Shown here piece by piece: positions 25,188-39,861 of a stretch of DNA of 64,000 nt. The notes under the pieces were generated by a model, which saw only the letters and a program-made list of their open reading frames with translations, made no database searches and was not told the DNA's origin. A program made the translations under genes and the position numbers. This stretch comes from Octopus sinensis (taxonomy: Eukaryota): NCBI RefSeq assembly GCF_006345805.1, contig NC_043013.1:11904001-11968000 (forward strand), given 5' to 3'. Positions within the stretch are counted from its first letter, which is position 1; each line of letters begins with the position of its first letter.

Positions 25188-25790
25188 AGGGCGACGAGCT
25201 GGCAGAATCGTTAGCACGCCGGGCGAAATGCGTAGCCGTATTTCGTCTGCCGTTACGTTCTGCGTTCAACTTCCGCCGAGGTCGACTTTGCCTTTCATCG
25301 TTTCGAGGTCGAGTAAATAAGTACCAGTTACGCACTGGGGTCGATATAATCGATTTAATCTGTTTGTCTGTCCTTGTTCCTCCTCTCTGTGTTTAGCCCC
25401 TTGTGGGTAGTAAAGAAATAGGTATTTCGTCTGCCGCTACGTTCTGAGTTCAAATTCCGCCAAGGTCTTCTTTACCTTTCATTCATTCTCTCGGGGTCGA
25501 TTAAATAAGCACCAGTTACACACTGGAGTCGATTTAATCGACTTAATCTCCTTTTTTGTCCCGTCTATGTTTAGTTCCCTGTGGGAAATTAAGAAATAAA
25601 TATTAATCGTAGATGAGGCGGCGAGCTGACAGAATAGTTAGCACGCTAAGCAAAGTGCTTAGCGGCATTTCGTCCGTCTTTACGTTCTGAGTTAAAATTC
25701 CGCCAGGTCAACTTGGATTAAAAAATTACCATTTGAGCACTGGGGTCGATGTAATCGACTTAAACCCTCTTCGGAAATTTCTGGTCTTGT
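25188..25790 (+). mobile_element. Family A SINE partial dimer plus an adjacent truncated copy
   Basis: Head GGCGACGAGCTGGCAGAATCGTTAGCACGCCGGGCG. The tail runs into a second body at ~25420. Another head is at ~25617. Confidence 0.85.
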
Positions 25791-26616
25791 ACCAAAATTT
25801 GAATCCAACATTAATTGCCAATGTGAATTCTGTACTCATTCAGAACAAAGATCAGGTGAGAGAAGTGCTGTTGCTGCTGCTGCTGCTGCTGCTGTTGTTG
25901 TTGTTGCTGCTGCTGTTGTTGTTGTTGTTAAGCAACAAGACGGGTAAGGGTGTTTAGGTGATGGTCAAGGGCTTAGGGATAGGAGAACCCAGACCTTGGA
26001 AGAAGAAAAAAAATCTTTGGTCGTCTTGTTGCAGTTGAGGGCTCTTCGTTAACGCCCGACACTACTAGGAGGTAGCCCTCGAAGTCGCTGGAAATGGAGA
26101 TCTCCAGGTCCAAATTCTTGAACGGCAGTTGTTGCTGCTGCGGCTGCTGCTGTTGTACGTGGTAATGGTTGAGATAATTGTGTAAGGTATCGAACTTACT
26201 TTTGACTTTCCTTGCAGTTGTCGATGATGATATCAAACATGGTTAATAGCTTACATAAATTATAAATGTACAATAAAAAAAAAGTATACCCAGTGCATGC
26301 ATCTCCGTCTCTCACTGGATGGAATACTTCTTTTGTTTATCTTACTTTAACGGAACAGTAATATATATTCAAAGCCAGTGAACAGCAATGACGATACCGG
26401 TTTGACTTTGAATCTCTTTAACAATTTAAAAAAAAAAGAATTTAATTCCTCTTAATTCTACCTCACTTCATCTAATTGTACTTATTTATCGCTACTTTTC
26501 ATAAAAAGCCTTTATTATTTTGTGATATTCAATGTGAATTTTCGCTTACTTTTCCCTCGTACTTTCCCCATATCTTTTCCACGTGTAGTTTCTATTTTCT
26601 TTTTGAAACATTTCTA

Positions 26617-26693
<77 letters not shown>

Positions 26694-26769
26694 GTTGAAC
26701 CGTTAATTCCTACACATTTTTCTTTCTACGTATTTTCCTCTTTTCGTTCCCTCTCCTTAATTTTTTTCC

Positions 26770-26895
26770 TCAAACCTTTCTATCAAAAAGCGTAGGATCG
26801 AAGTATCAAAGACGTTTCCATTCGCACCGAGCGTCAAACTAATACACCTGCTTGTTGTTCCTTCACAAGTCTTCGTCTTTTGTTTTGTAAATTCG

Positions 26896-26900
<5 letters not shown>
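26770..26900 (+). repeat. Second copy of the 18670-18820 repeat
   Basis: AAAGCGTAGGATCGAAG..AAAGAC..GAGCGTCAAACTAATACACCTGCTTGTTG..TGTAAATTCGAAC followed by (TA)n. Confidence 0.6.
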
Positions 26901-26977
<77 letters not shown>

Positions 26978-28479
26978 TGTATAAGATGGAATGGTTATGG
27001 TTGAAACATATTTGATCAAATCTAACCAGTGACCCTTAAGTACCTTCACCGTGGAACTATGGGTATTATGGATGAAGAATAATGGACAGATATAAATGAG
27101 CTTCCGAAGAATACCTCCTTGAGCGAGAATCAGTCCCTCTCCCATTATCTCCCCACTTCTTTTGCCCTAGAGAGATTGTTAAAACATTTCACTACATTTG
27201 ACCAAAATGTTCCTTCGCACACTGCAGTGATGGTACTTAAATTTGTTCTACTTCCATAGAGTCTGCTCTATCGTACTAAATACAATATGTCTGGAAATGT
27301 AATGTAAAATAAATAAATAATAAAAATAATCAAATAAAATAAATAAAAAATTAGATAAAAAAATGAAGGAATGATCACGGTTGAAGCACATTTGATTATT
27401 GATCAACGCTGACCCTGGGCTAAACAATATCATCTGCAACAACATATAGGTCTTTTATCTCAAAACTAAAAGAAGCCAATATTTTGATTCGTCTTTTTAT
27501 TTTCCTTCACTTTCTTTTAGGGGTCAGTGAGTTACTAGAAAACAGTATAGAACCAGACGCAAAAGACTTAGTTTCGATCCGCTAAGTTTTTGATTTCTAA
27601 CTCCATCAAGGGGTCGAACTTTTTTCTTTCATCATTCCTAGAATAAAGGAGATCGATAAAATCAGAAACTGTAAATATAATGGGATGGAATCCATCCCTT
27701 GCCAAACATTAAGTCTTGTAACTAAAAAACTAAAAAAAGAAGAAGAAACAAAGAAATGCATAAAACAAAAAATGACATAAAAAATGAAAATAGATGATAA
27801 AAAATACTTTTTTTTTACCAGTTTTCCTAGATATTCGATTTCTTTAGATATTCAATAATCTTTATTTACTGTTTGATTTTTATTATTTTTTTACTGCCTT
27901 ATTATTGTTGTTCTTTATACTCATGGAATATACCTATGATTAAGAGTGTTCCATCCATGACTACCCCTACCTTTTTTCTTTCCTTATTTTTTTAAACAGC
28001 ATTACACACTCCGACGTATTTTTTTCTATTTTTAAGACGATAAGGTGCGACTTAAAGGAGATACGGCAGCTACTTCTAGCATATCGAGCCACTTTATTGA
28101 GTAGAGATTCAGAACTGGGGGCAATTTTACTCTTGGGGATCCATGCAAGATTTTAAAGTTAAAATTTATGTGCAATAATTATAATTCTACAATACACAAA
28201 ATATTTAAATTTTTTATACAATTCTTTATAATATTTAATTATAAAAATACAAGTTGATTTCTATATATATTAGCGACAGGAGCAGTATTATTATCAAGAG
28301 ATAAGATTTATTCCCACTTAAATCTGGATGTTCTGTTAGAACAGACAGAATGCACACATTCTGAACCAAAAGCTTAAAGAGATTTTCTCTCATGGTAAAT
28401 ACTGCCGTAAACTTTGTTCTAGCGTTTAAGCAGGAATAAACATTCTTTTCTACTCTAAGCACAAGGCCTGAAATTTGGG

Positions 28480-28877
28480 GGGAGGAGGTCAGTTGATTAG
28501 ATCAACCCCAGTACGCAACTGGTACTTAATTTGTCAACCCCGAGAGGATGAAATGCAAAGTCGACCTCGGCAGAATTTGAACTCAGAACATAAAAGCAGA
28601 CGAAATACCGCTAAGCATTTTGCCCGGCGTGCTAAACGATTCTTATTTCTTTATTGCCCACAAGGGGCTAAACTTAGAGGGTACAAACAAAAACAGATAA
28701 GGAGATGAAGTCGATTACATCGACCCCAGTGCGTAACTGGTACTTAATTTATCGACCCCGAAAGGATGAAAGGCAAAGTCGACCAAGGCGGAACTTGAAC
28801 TTAGAACGTAACGGCAGACGAAATACCGCTAAGTATTTCGCCGGGCGTGCTAACGTTTCTGCCAGCTCGCCGCCTTA
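28480..28877 (-). mobile_element. Family A SINE, tandem two-body copy
   Basis: Two successive bodies, with the head ending at ...GCCAGCTCGCCGCC (~28875). Confidence 0.85.
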
Positions 28878-30258
28878 GTGGGAATAAATATTATCTCGAT
28901 TTCTCTTTTGTTATATACATCGACTGGCTATGGAGTTCCAGTAGAATAAAATAGGAATCAAAGTTGTCCAAGGACAAAAACTACCGATATAGAGCCACCA
29001 TCATCAGCTCAAGTTCTTGTTTGGGATTTTGTTTTGCATTTGGTTATTATTATTGCCGTTATAGTAATATTTAGGTCCAGTTCAAACGTTAAATAACAGA
29101 TCTATGATCAAAAGCATTTCAACCGTGACACTCTCCGCCTATTATTTCCTATGCGCAGAGAGCACCGGACCGTATTATCAAATGTGGCATTATCTAAGCC
29201 GGTAATCTGCAATTTGGGACGATATTGTTGTTATTTTTCGTAGGTCAGGTTTACCACATCTCATGGTGACTGGGGTGTTTGAGTAGAGAGAATACCTTCG
29301 TTTTCGGCAGCAGCATCTCTCTGGATGGACGGCTACACTAGTTCTCACCCTAACTCTCACTTTTGTCCCCAAGAACATTCTCAGTCACACCCAAATAATT
29401 ACTTCTGCATACCTACCTACATACATACATACAAACATACATACATACATACATACATACATACATACATACATAACATACATACATACATAAGGAATAC
29501 TGGTGGAACAGTCCCATCAAAACATCTGTCAAGTGTGAACGTAACAGGCCGGATATTGTTTGAAACTAGCAAGTAAAGTATGTACCGTCATAGAGGCCAT
29601 CTGTCCTGCAGATGTGAAGAGCTGTTTGAAAATCAAAGAAAAAGAACATAACAACGGACAATTGCTTCGAAATCTCCAGCTCCCAAATCCAGTAAGACTT
29701 TACTCAGGTTTAACACGTCACACTTTCCAACGACTGAGCTTTGTACTTTTGTTCGAAACTAGTTCCTTTCTCAGAAGAATTTAAATATTTAGAAGAGAAC
29801 ATATATATGCAGATACGTATACGGCTATATATACGACCTTTACATATGTATCTACGCATATATGTATGTATATACATAAAGAATGGTGTGCGTGTGAGTA
29901 TGTGTCCGTAAGTGTGTGTGTCTGTTTGTGAGTGTGTGTGCATGTGTGCGTGTGTCTGATGCGTTTATTTGTAAACATATATATTGTTAAACATAGAATG
30001 TGGATACCAAAACAATGAGACACACCTGTAAGACATACCTGTAATAAGAAACGCGTATTACCGATCAAGTAGAAAATGATTACGAGAAGATTTTGACAAA
30101 CCAGTTGACTGTCAGATTGGTTGAAAGATTAATCAAGTACTCGTAATTACGTGTTCGAAATTATTCAAAGAAGTGACATAGAACCAGTTCACCTGTTTGC
30201 TATTGGGCAAAATTACGCTCCCAATATGCAACTATATCTCACACAATTTCGCCTCAAA

Positions 30259-30311
<53 letters not shown>

Positions 30312-30607
30312 TACTCGCGTCTACATGCACTGAAACCTTTCATTATTTTTAAATATTTCCGTTTCGTTTTAAACCAAGGTGCTAGAATTGACCAACTGTA
30401 AATTTACTAGCATATGCTTGCTACAGAGTGCCATAGCTCTTCCTTCATTCGATTCAATCCTTCATACGTTAGAGAAGTTTATTTGAACGAAAAAGGTGGC
30501 TACGTGTTACAAATCATTTTTTCTATTTCTTACTCTATCCCTAAGTATATATTTGTATACACACAAGCACACACACACCCACAATCGCAAATGTAAATGT
30601 ATAGATC

Positions 30608-31836
30608 TTGAGTCATCCCATAAATAACACAGATTTTTTAAACCAAAGTTCTTCTTTAATCTAAAATATACCCTTCTTCATTTTCTACAATACTCTTCCA
30701 TCTATCTGGTAGTCTTGCAAGGCCCCTCTTCCAAAATTAAATTCTCCGTGACGAAAAATACTCCTCCAGTACTCTTCTGACCTCTTCTACAGAATTCATA
30801 TCTTTCCGTCCAAATGATTTTGAAGACTGCGAATAAATGATAGCCAGTTGGGGCAATGTCCGACGCATATGGTGGGTGGGGCATCGTTTACTATTCCAAC
30901 TGCTCCAGCCTTTGCAATGTCATCCTAGCTGTATGTGGCCGAGCATTATCCTGATGGAAGAACACCTTTCGTCTTGAAACCAAAAATGGTCGTTTTCCTT
31001 CTAGCGCTGACTTAAGCCGCTGAAGCTGCACGCAGTAGATCTCGTTCGTCATCGTATGGTTTGGGTTTTAAAGTTCAGTGAACTAAACCTTTTATATTTC
31101 ACCAAACTGATAGCATCATACGTCGGTGAAGACCTGCTTCAGCCTGGGATGCCGGTGTTTTTCGCTTTCCTACCAACTATGTTCGACGCTTGATATTAAT
31201 ATAGAGAAACCATTTCTCATCATCTGTCACTATTCGGTCCAAAAAGGGTTCATTCATGAGATGAGACGGCAAAGAAGAGCACACATTCACATTCTGTACG
31301 CGATTATACTCGGAGTGTTTGTGAGGAACACATTAAACCAAGTTGCTGACTTTTCTGATGGTACGCAGGTGATGATGAATGGTTGAATGACCGAATCCAA
31401 GCTTCTCTGCTAGTTTCTCAACATTTACGATGGAATTTTGTTCCGCCAGGTTTTGCAGGACGTTCTCGTCGAGCTCTACAGATCTTGCAGGACCAAGCTT
31501 GTCTTCTAATCTGAAGTGTCCGGCTCGAAATTTCTAGAACCACCGTTGATACTGTATATACTGCATTAATATTCCTCGCACATTCCGTTGCGTTGTTGCC
31601 TTTATTGAATTCATAAAGCAAAACATGCCGAATATGTTCCTCTTTCACTTACATTATAGCTTTGAAAAATAACTTTTAAAATCGAATTGCACTTTTCAAA
31701 ACTTGCACTAAGAATAAGGACAAAGTAAAATTACTACCTGGTTTTCTAGCATGTTGATGCAAGTCGTTTATCCCGTCCGCCTCCGACTTTTAGTTCATGC
31801 AATTGAAAAAACCGCATCATTTATGGGATGACGCAA
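30608..31836 (-). mobile_element. TIR-bounded mariner element (~1.23 kb), transposase pseudogenised (copy 2)
   Basis: TIRs TTGAGTCATCCCATAAATAACACAGATTTT (30608-) and AAAACCGCATCATTTATGGGATGACGCAA (-31836). Translation gives MKEEHIRHVLLYEFNKGNNATECARNINAVY and MPHPPYASDIAPTGYHLF. Confidence 0.9.
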
Positions 31837-32845
31837 CAGATATATTAATGTATATATATATGTGTGTGTGTGCATGAGTATTATGTATGTACGCATGTAT
31901 GTGTGTATATATATATAATATATATATATATATATACTCTCATGCACACACACATATATATATACGGACCCAATATATAATAATATGTATATATACATAT
32001 ATAGGGTATATATATATATATTATATATATATATATATAATATATATATATATATACTCTCATGCACACACATATATATATACGGACCCAATATATAATA
32101 TATATGTATATATACATATATAGGGTATATATATATATATAATATATATATATATATAGAAAGAGAGAGAGAGGGGGGGAGAGTTAGAGAGAGAGGTAAG
32201 GCAAACATCTTAAGTCATATACATTATTATTATTGGAAAAAAATCCAAAGTCTTACAGTTGTTTCTGGGGTATTTCTGAGTATTGGATATTCCATCATCG
32301 GAGACAAATAGGGAAAATGAGAAGGGTATTGATTAATGAAAAGACGACATACGGGCCAGGAGTAAAGGAATAAGATGACAAGAGAGAAGAAAAAAGAAGT
32401 TCACACTTTCCGATCTATATACATATATATACGCATCCTCTAAATAACGTGTGTGAGATAGTGTGTGTGTGTGTGTGTGTGTTTGTGTGTAAGTACGTTA
32501 ACTTGCATTCTTTATTACGCTAAACGTATTGCCGCATGTGTCTGAGACAGGGTAGTATAATCGCCGGGTGCGGCATTTTATTTTCTTTCAGATTGCCTCG
32601 GAACGTCTCTATGCTTGTATTTATCTGTATGTATAAGTGTATATACAAATATCTATGCTTCTTACGCTGGTGTGTATGTGTGTATGCATGTGTGTGTGTT
32701 TGTGTGTGTGTTTATGTCTGTGTGTGTGGAGTGCGTGCGTGGTAGCTCTTGTGTGCATCTGTGCACGCGTGCATGAAAATAATGGAAATCGCGAAGTTCT
32801 GTATCTGTGGTCGATACTTGAGGATAGTGACGGTTGAAGAATTGA

Positions 32846-32885
<40 letters not shown>

Positions 32886-32927
32886 TGTAGTAGCAGTAGT
32901 AGTAGTAGTTGTGGTAGCAGCAGCAGC

Positions 32928-33010
<83 letters not shown>

Positions 33011-33929
33011 TGCTTACTCCCAGTTATACCGAAGCGACTTACGATCAAAGCCGTACCATTCGTGAACGTTGTTGTTACTGTTTCTGTTGTTTACCCCAAG
33101 CCAGTTCTAAATAAGTAAGTATATACTCAAAAGACATTTCACCCGTGATCATCCGATCCCATTCCTGTATTTCAGAGGTGCTCAACCAGTTTTTGTTTTC
33201 AAAGGATCTTTTGACGACTATTTTTTGTGGGGTAGACTCCCACCCCATAGCCATTAGATCTTTAAAATCTAGTTTGAAACTTCTTTCAAATTACTAATTT
33301 GTTTTTTACTCATTAACTTATGTAGGTACTCATTACTCATTTTACTCGTTAATTTAAGAAGGTAAATCGTTCGAGAAAGAAACCTTGCCATTTCTTGTAG
33401 TACAAAACAATACATACATCTAAATCAGTTTTTTTCAGCGGTACTTAAAATACTACTGCGGATCTCCAATTTTAATATATTGTGACTTGGATCCCTAAAA
33501 ATCTTATGTGGTCCCTCTGGTCTAATATCACGTTTTCTAATACATTCTTACTTTGTATAATCACTCGGAATGTTTTAAGAGTGACCTAGCTGCTATTTCA
33601 TACAGGACCAACATCTACGTAGAACCATCTTTGTCTTCTTGTTTGCCGGTTAACGCAATTATAGGTCTATCGTCAAAATTATTCCAAATGTGAGCACCAC
33701 AACTATGTTTTTAATCTCATCTTTCATTCTGCTGGACATTAAGTAGTGAACACAAATAAATTTAACGACTATATCTTATCTTGTATATTCTCGAATTGGT
33801 CTTGTTCCAGTGAAGATTTCGTCTTTTGCATATCAAGAACTTTTGCGCTCTATTCTTAGCCGGTCGAGTAACACGGGAACTTCCTGGCTAGCTCATTGTT
33901 ATTGACAGTACTGCGGATAAAGGTATAGT

Positions 33930-34970
33930 CGGTTATAGTGGTAGTGATGGTTGTGGTAGTGTTTGTAGTGGTGATTGTTTTGGATGTAGTGGCCATGATG
34001 GCGATGCCAGTATTTGTGTTTGTGGTGGAGCTGAAGGTGTAGTGAGGATTGTGTAGTGGTGATGGAGGTGGTGGTGGCATCGATGGTGGTGGTTGTGATG
34101 ATTTTTGTAGCAGTGTTGTAGAAGTAGCAGGTATGATGGTAATTTTATTGTTGGTAGTGGTGGAGTGATAGTTGTTGTGGTAGTGGCGTGTTAATGTAGT
34201 GAGGTGGTGATGGTGGTGTGGGTGATAGTGCTGTCTATTGTATTGGTGATAGTCGTAGCGGTTGTGGTGCTGGTATTGGGTTGGTAATGGTGGTGTTGCA
34301 TTGGCACTGGTGTTAGTGTGGGGCTGAAATTCATATGGTAATGGTGATGATGCTAGTGATAGTGGTAGTAGTGCTGGTGGTGCTGGTGCCGGGGGTGCTG
34401 GCTGTTATGTTGGTGGTTGTAGTATTGTTGTAGTTGTTGTTGATGGTGTTGGTGTTGGTGGTGATGGTGGCGGAGGTGGTGGTGGTGGTGGTGGTGGTTG
34501 TAGTATTGGTTTTAGCAGTGGTATGGGTTTTGGTGGTGGTGATAGTGTTGCTGAATGTATGGGTAGTAGTGCTGGCTGTTGTGTTGATGATGTGGTGGTC
34601 GTATTTGCTGGCTGTAGTGGTAGTGATGCTGATATGTGGGTGATAGTGTTGGCTGAAGTATAGCTGATAGTGATGGTCATTTTAGCGGGGGGGAGGTGTA
34701 GTGGTGGTGCTGGGATAGAGGGCGGTGGCATTGGTGTCGGTGTGGTAGTGGTGATGTCTGTGTGGAGATGGTGATGGTGGTAGTAGTGTAGGTGGTTAGG
34801 GTGATAGCCTTTGTTGGGTGGGGCTGTAGTGTTGATACTTGATTTTCCGATTGCTTGGAGAATGCAAACGGGTGAGTAATCTTATTGAAATAGTCGCTTA
34901 CCCTACTCCCGCCCTGGCACAAACACACACACACACACACACAAACATACACAAATACACACATACGCAC

Positions 34971-35014
<44 letters not shown>

Positions 35015-36114
35015 GGACACACACATATACATACAACAACACATACGCGCATTATCAATCACCACTGCCAAAACTCCACACACATATTCACAAAGACCCA
35101 CATACACAAATTTATACGCACACAGACATACACATATATAGAAATTCACTAATGCACACAAAACACACATACACACACACATACACAGTCTAATGTGCAA
35201 ACACACACATACAGTTTAGCGCGTACACACACACACACAATCAGACTTTTTTCTTTTCTTTTTCAAAAGAGTCAAAACAATGTTTGTGTCGATGGTTGTT
35301 GTTTTTTTTATCTTAACACACCACCACCACCACCGCCAACACAACCACAACCACTACCACCACCTCCAGAACAACAGCCACCAACAGCACAACAACCACA
35401 GCAAACAATAACACCACCACCACCAACACCGCCACCACTAACAAAACCACCCACCACCAACACCACCACCACCACTACCAACACCACCGCCACCAAGCCA
35501 GAACCACCACTTCCACTTTCATTCTCCCCTCTGACCCCACTACCATCACCACCACCACCACCACCCCACCACCACCACCATCACTACCACCATCAAACAT
35601 CACCCTAACCTCTATGAGAAACAACCAACCACTACCAACATCACCATGGCTACGTTACTACCACACCAAAGATCACCACCAGCACCACCACCACCAGATC
35701 ACCACCAACACCTCTACTTCTACAACGAATAACACCATTTTGGCCACACCATTCTAACACACAAACCACACCACCACCACCACCACCACCACCACTACCA
35801 CCATTTCTGCGATCACTGCCACAAACGCCAATATCAATTCAATGGATGACATACCATTCCTCTATCAACACCAACAAAGACAACGGCAGCAAGAACAACG
35901 GCAACAACAACAATAACAACAACAACAGACACCTCAAAAACGGAAACCTGCGCCCACCCCTACCTCACCCGTTTCTTGGAAGACGTCACCTTATCTTAAG
36001 GTCCCACAATCCGGTTCAGAAAGCGTTCGATTTTCCCGTTCCTATTTTTAGAAAGAGAGAGAGAGAAAGAGAAAACGCCGCCATCATCATCATCATCGTC
36101 ATCATTGTCGTCAT

Positions 36115-36160
<46 letters not shown>

Positions 36161-36240
36161 GTCATCGTTGTCGTTGTCTTCATCATCATCATCATCGGTG
36201 TCGTCGTCGTTGTCATCATCATTATCATCATCATCATCAT

Positions 36241-36272
<32 letters not shown>

Positions 36273-36415
36273 CCACCACCTATTGACGTGATTGTCATCC
36301 CATCGCCATCATCGTTGACACCATCATCCGACATCACTAGCGCCATCATCATCATCACCATGACGATCACGCCGACGACCTCCACCACAAATACCATCAT
36401 CATCATCATCATCAT

Positions 36416-36447
<32 letters not shown>

Positions 36448-36600
36448 TCATCACCATCGATAGCAACTGCTGTGAAAATCTGCAAATAACAACAGAAACA
36501 ACAACAACAACATCAACAATGAAAGCAAACCGAAATGAAAGCAATAGGAGAGGAAGAAGAAGCAAAGCAATGATGACGACAATAACATGATTTTTTTTTT
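33930..36600. repeat. Extended degenerate triplet repeats (GGT/GTA/TGT, CAC/AAC, CAT/GAC)
   Basis: Directly visible; source of poly-P/T/V/M/D ORFs on both strands. Confidence 0.85.
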
Positions 36601-36803
36601 AAATGACAGCAACAACAACAAAAAAACAAAAAAATACATGAAAGAGAGAAACAAACATGAAGTAAAGAAAAAAAATATATGAATATACACAAAATTATGA
36701 AAAACCAGAAATTAAACTAGAGAGTGGTTATGGTGTTGTTGTTGGTGGTGGTGGTGGCCATCGTTGTCGTAAGGGCAATTTACACAAAATTATATATATA
36801 TTT

Positions 36804-36835
<32 letters not shown>

Positions 36836-37077
36836 ATGAAGCCTAATATAGAGAAGGAAAAAGAAAAGAAGGAAGGAGGTGGGGGAAGGGGAGAGAGTGT
36901 GGAAGAATGTAATTAGAAATAGGAATCGAATGAAATAGAAAATGGTGAATTAAAAAGTAGGGAATGAAAATAAACGGAGAAAGGAGAATGGAATGAAAGA
37001 GATGAAGTGAAGAATGAATTTAATCAGTGAAAGATAGAAGAAACAATCTGTGAGAAAATAAATGAAAATGGATAGAT

Positions 37078-37196
<119 letters not shown>

Positions 37197-38013
37197 ATTG
37201 AATAAGAAAGGAAAGAGAGGCACAAAGATGTAGAGAAAGAGATAGATAGATAGACGGAGAGTGAGAGAGAGAGTTTGAATAAGAAAGGGGAGAGACACAA
37301 AGATGTAGAGAGACAAAGCGGGAATGAGACAGAACAACGAAGAGAGGAATCAAAGAGGAGAGGATGTGGAATGAATGAGTGAATGCAGGAATGAGAAGAC
37401 GGTAGAATGAGTGTAATGAGATTCATTGAACGAGAAACAGAGAAAGAGAGAGAATGGAGATAGAATATTAGTGAATGAATGGAGATAGAGGTTGAGAGCA
37501 TGTGAGTGCATGACAGAGGGAGTGTAGTGATCGAGTGTATTTTTCTTTTCTTTACAAAAATAAAATAGTTCGCAGAAGAGTTTAATAAGTTTAATTACCA
37601 TGAAGAGTGTGGGAACAGTTTCGGGCATTTCTCTTATTTCGTCCGTACGAGGAGGCAAGTGAGAAACTGCAAGAAATAGCAAACACAAATTTCATTGATA
37701 GTACACTTTTTCTTAACTGTTTTTTCTTTTTATCTATTGACTCCTTTGATTTCTGGGGTCTTCAGATGGACCTTCATATCCATTCTATGTTTCAAAAATC
37801 GCATTATATTTTTATAAATATCGTTAGACGTTGAATAAAGACATTGTTAAGATATTTTGTATATTGTAGCAGTATAACAAATTTACCGCTCATAAATAGT
37901 AGCAACAAAATCTTGTGTGGACACTTAAAGGGCATATGGACACCCAATGAGCGCATGAACCCCTGTTGAGAATCACTAATCAAAAAATAATATTAAATGG
38001 TGAGTATGCATTA

Positions 38014-38478
38014 GGCGTAGGAGTGGCTGGGTGTTAAGTAGCTTGCTTACGAACCACATGGTTCCGGGTTCACTCTCACTGCGTGGCACCTTGGGCAAGT
38101 GTCTTCTACTATAGCCTTGGCCCGACCAAAGCCTTATGAGTGGATTTAGTAGACGGAAACTGAAAGAAGCCCGTCGTATATATGTATATATATATATATA
38201 TATATTATGTGTGTGTGTGTGTGTGTGTGTATTTGTGTGTGTGTGTGTGTGTGTGTGTTTGTACGTTTGTGTGTTCGTGTTTGTCCCCCCACCATCGCTT
38301 GACAACCGATGCTGGTGTGTTTACGTTACCGTAACTTGGCGTTTCGGTAAAAGAGACCGATAGAATAAGTACTAGGCTTACAAAGAATAAGTCCTGGGGT
38401 CGATTTGCTCGACTAAAGGCGGTGCCCCAGCATGGCCACAGTCAAATGACTGAAACAAGTAAAAGAGAGTAAAAGAGT
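38014..38478 (+). mobile_element. Full-length family B SINE
   Basis: Head GGCGTAGGAGTGGCT..GGTTCCGGGTTCA, core CACCTTGGGCAAGTGTCTTCTACTATAGCC, internal (TA)(TG)n, tail GGCGGTGCCCCAGCATGGCCACAGTCAAATGACTGAAACAAGTAAAAGAG. Confidence 0.9.
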
Positions 38479-38770
38479 ATTACCCAATGTTGCTCCCAGA
38501 TATCAGTAAAATTACAAGTGAGATGATGGACACAACTGAAACGTTTATGACTATAGAACATTAAGCTGCAGCAATCAGACGTATTTTAGTAGTCTAGAAA
38601 GATCTAGAATGAGCATACGCAATACATGCGCTGCCACTAGACTATTAAAGATTTTTGATATCGGCGCATGGCCTCAAATCTGGAAGAGGATATTGTCGAT
38701 TAAATCGCCCCCATTAACTGGTATTTTATGCTGTCGAAAGACGTAAAACGAAAGTGGCTTTAGTGGAATT

Positions 38771-38870
38771 NNNNNNNNNNNNNNNNNNNNNNNNNNNNNN
38801 NNNNNNNNNNNNNNNNNNNNNNNNNNNNNNNNNNNNNNNNNNNNNNNNNNNNNNNNNNNNNNNNNNNNNN
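38771..38870. other. Assembly gap (100 N)
   Basis: Run of 100 n; true distance across the gap is unknown. Confidence 1.
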
Positions 38871-39729
38871 ACATATCCAAGTGATAGGATGAAGTAAGTT
38901 GAGAATATAGGAGATCTGTACGGAGACACGCGAAGTTATAGCGAGCTGTACGGAACTGTACCGAATGCCTTGCATAGAAAACCGAGAACTATCAACGAGA
39001 TCCAAAGCGCTTATACTTTTCAGCATATCAGATTTATAAATTTACAAGAGAGTAAATACGCATTTGAATGAATAGGAAAATAAAATACAATCTTACAGAA
39101 TCGTACGATACTTCACGGAAATGTACGGAGCCGATCAAGAGCTACGCGTACGGAACCGTGCAAAAATCGAACAACTATGGTGTATAGATGTGAATGCGAA
39201 CAACTCGGAGAAAAATGCTGGGAAATATCTAAACACAGACGAACAGAGCTAGAAAATGCAAAGAACCACTATTGTATCGTACAATGTATGCTTTTTCAGA
39301 TCAGCGCTTCAATTGATAGCCCTAAAGTCAAAATGCCAACGCTCGGATGGTTTCGTACAAAAGATCTCTGTTATTAACTTCAATAAATTTTAAGACCCGT
39401 GTATGCTTCATCGTTTTTAGCATTTTAGGCTGGTCGGGTTGGCGAAGCTAGGAATGTTGTTCAAATAGATTCAACTTCTTTCTTTTATTGTCTTATTTCT
39501 TTACTTTTTCTTCTTCTTTTCTCCTTTTTCTTTCTTTCTTTCTTTCTTTTTCGCTGACTTTCTTTCATTTTCTCTTTCTCACAACATCTTTTGCATTCAT
39601 TATACATCGCTCAATAATATCAATGGGGGACTGAAAGATGAAATGTGTGTGTGTGTTTGTGGTGTACGTGAGTGTGTATACATATACATCTATACATATT
39701 TATACATACATACATAACTATATTATAAT

Positions 39730-39771
<42 letters not shown>

Positions 39772-39804
39772 TATATAAATGCACACATATATATGTTTAT
39801 GTAT

Positions 39805-39861
<57 letters not shown>

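Noticed and set aside
26200-26249. LLTMFDIIIDN resembling the guanylyl cyclase LYTxFDxIIDN motif
   Set aside because: The required YDVYKVETIGDAY continuation is absent.
27170-27235. Minus-strand GAAGGA-ACATTT/AAATGT-GAAA hammerhead-like relic
   Set aside because: The core and stem I are too degenerate to support a call.
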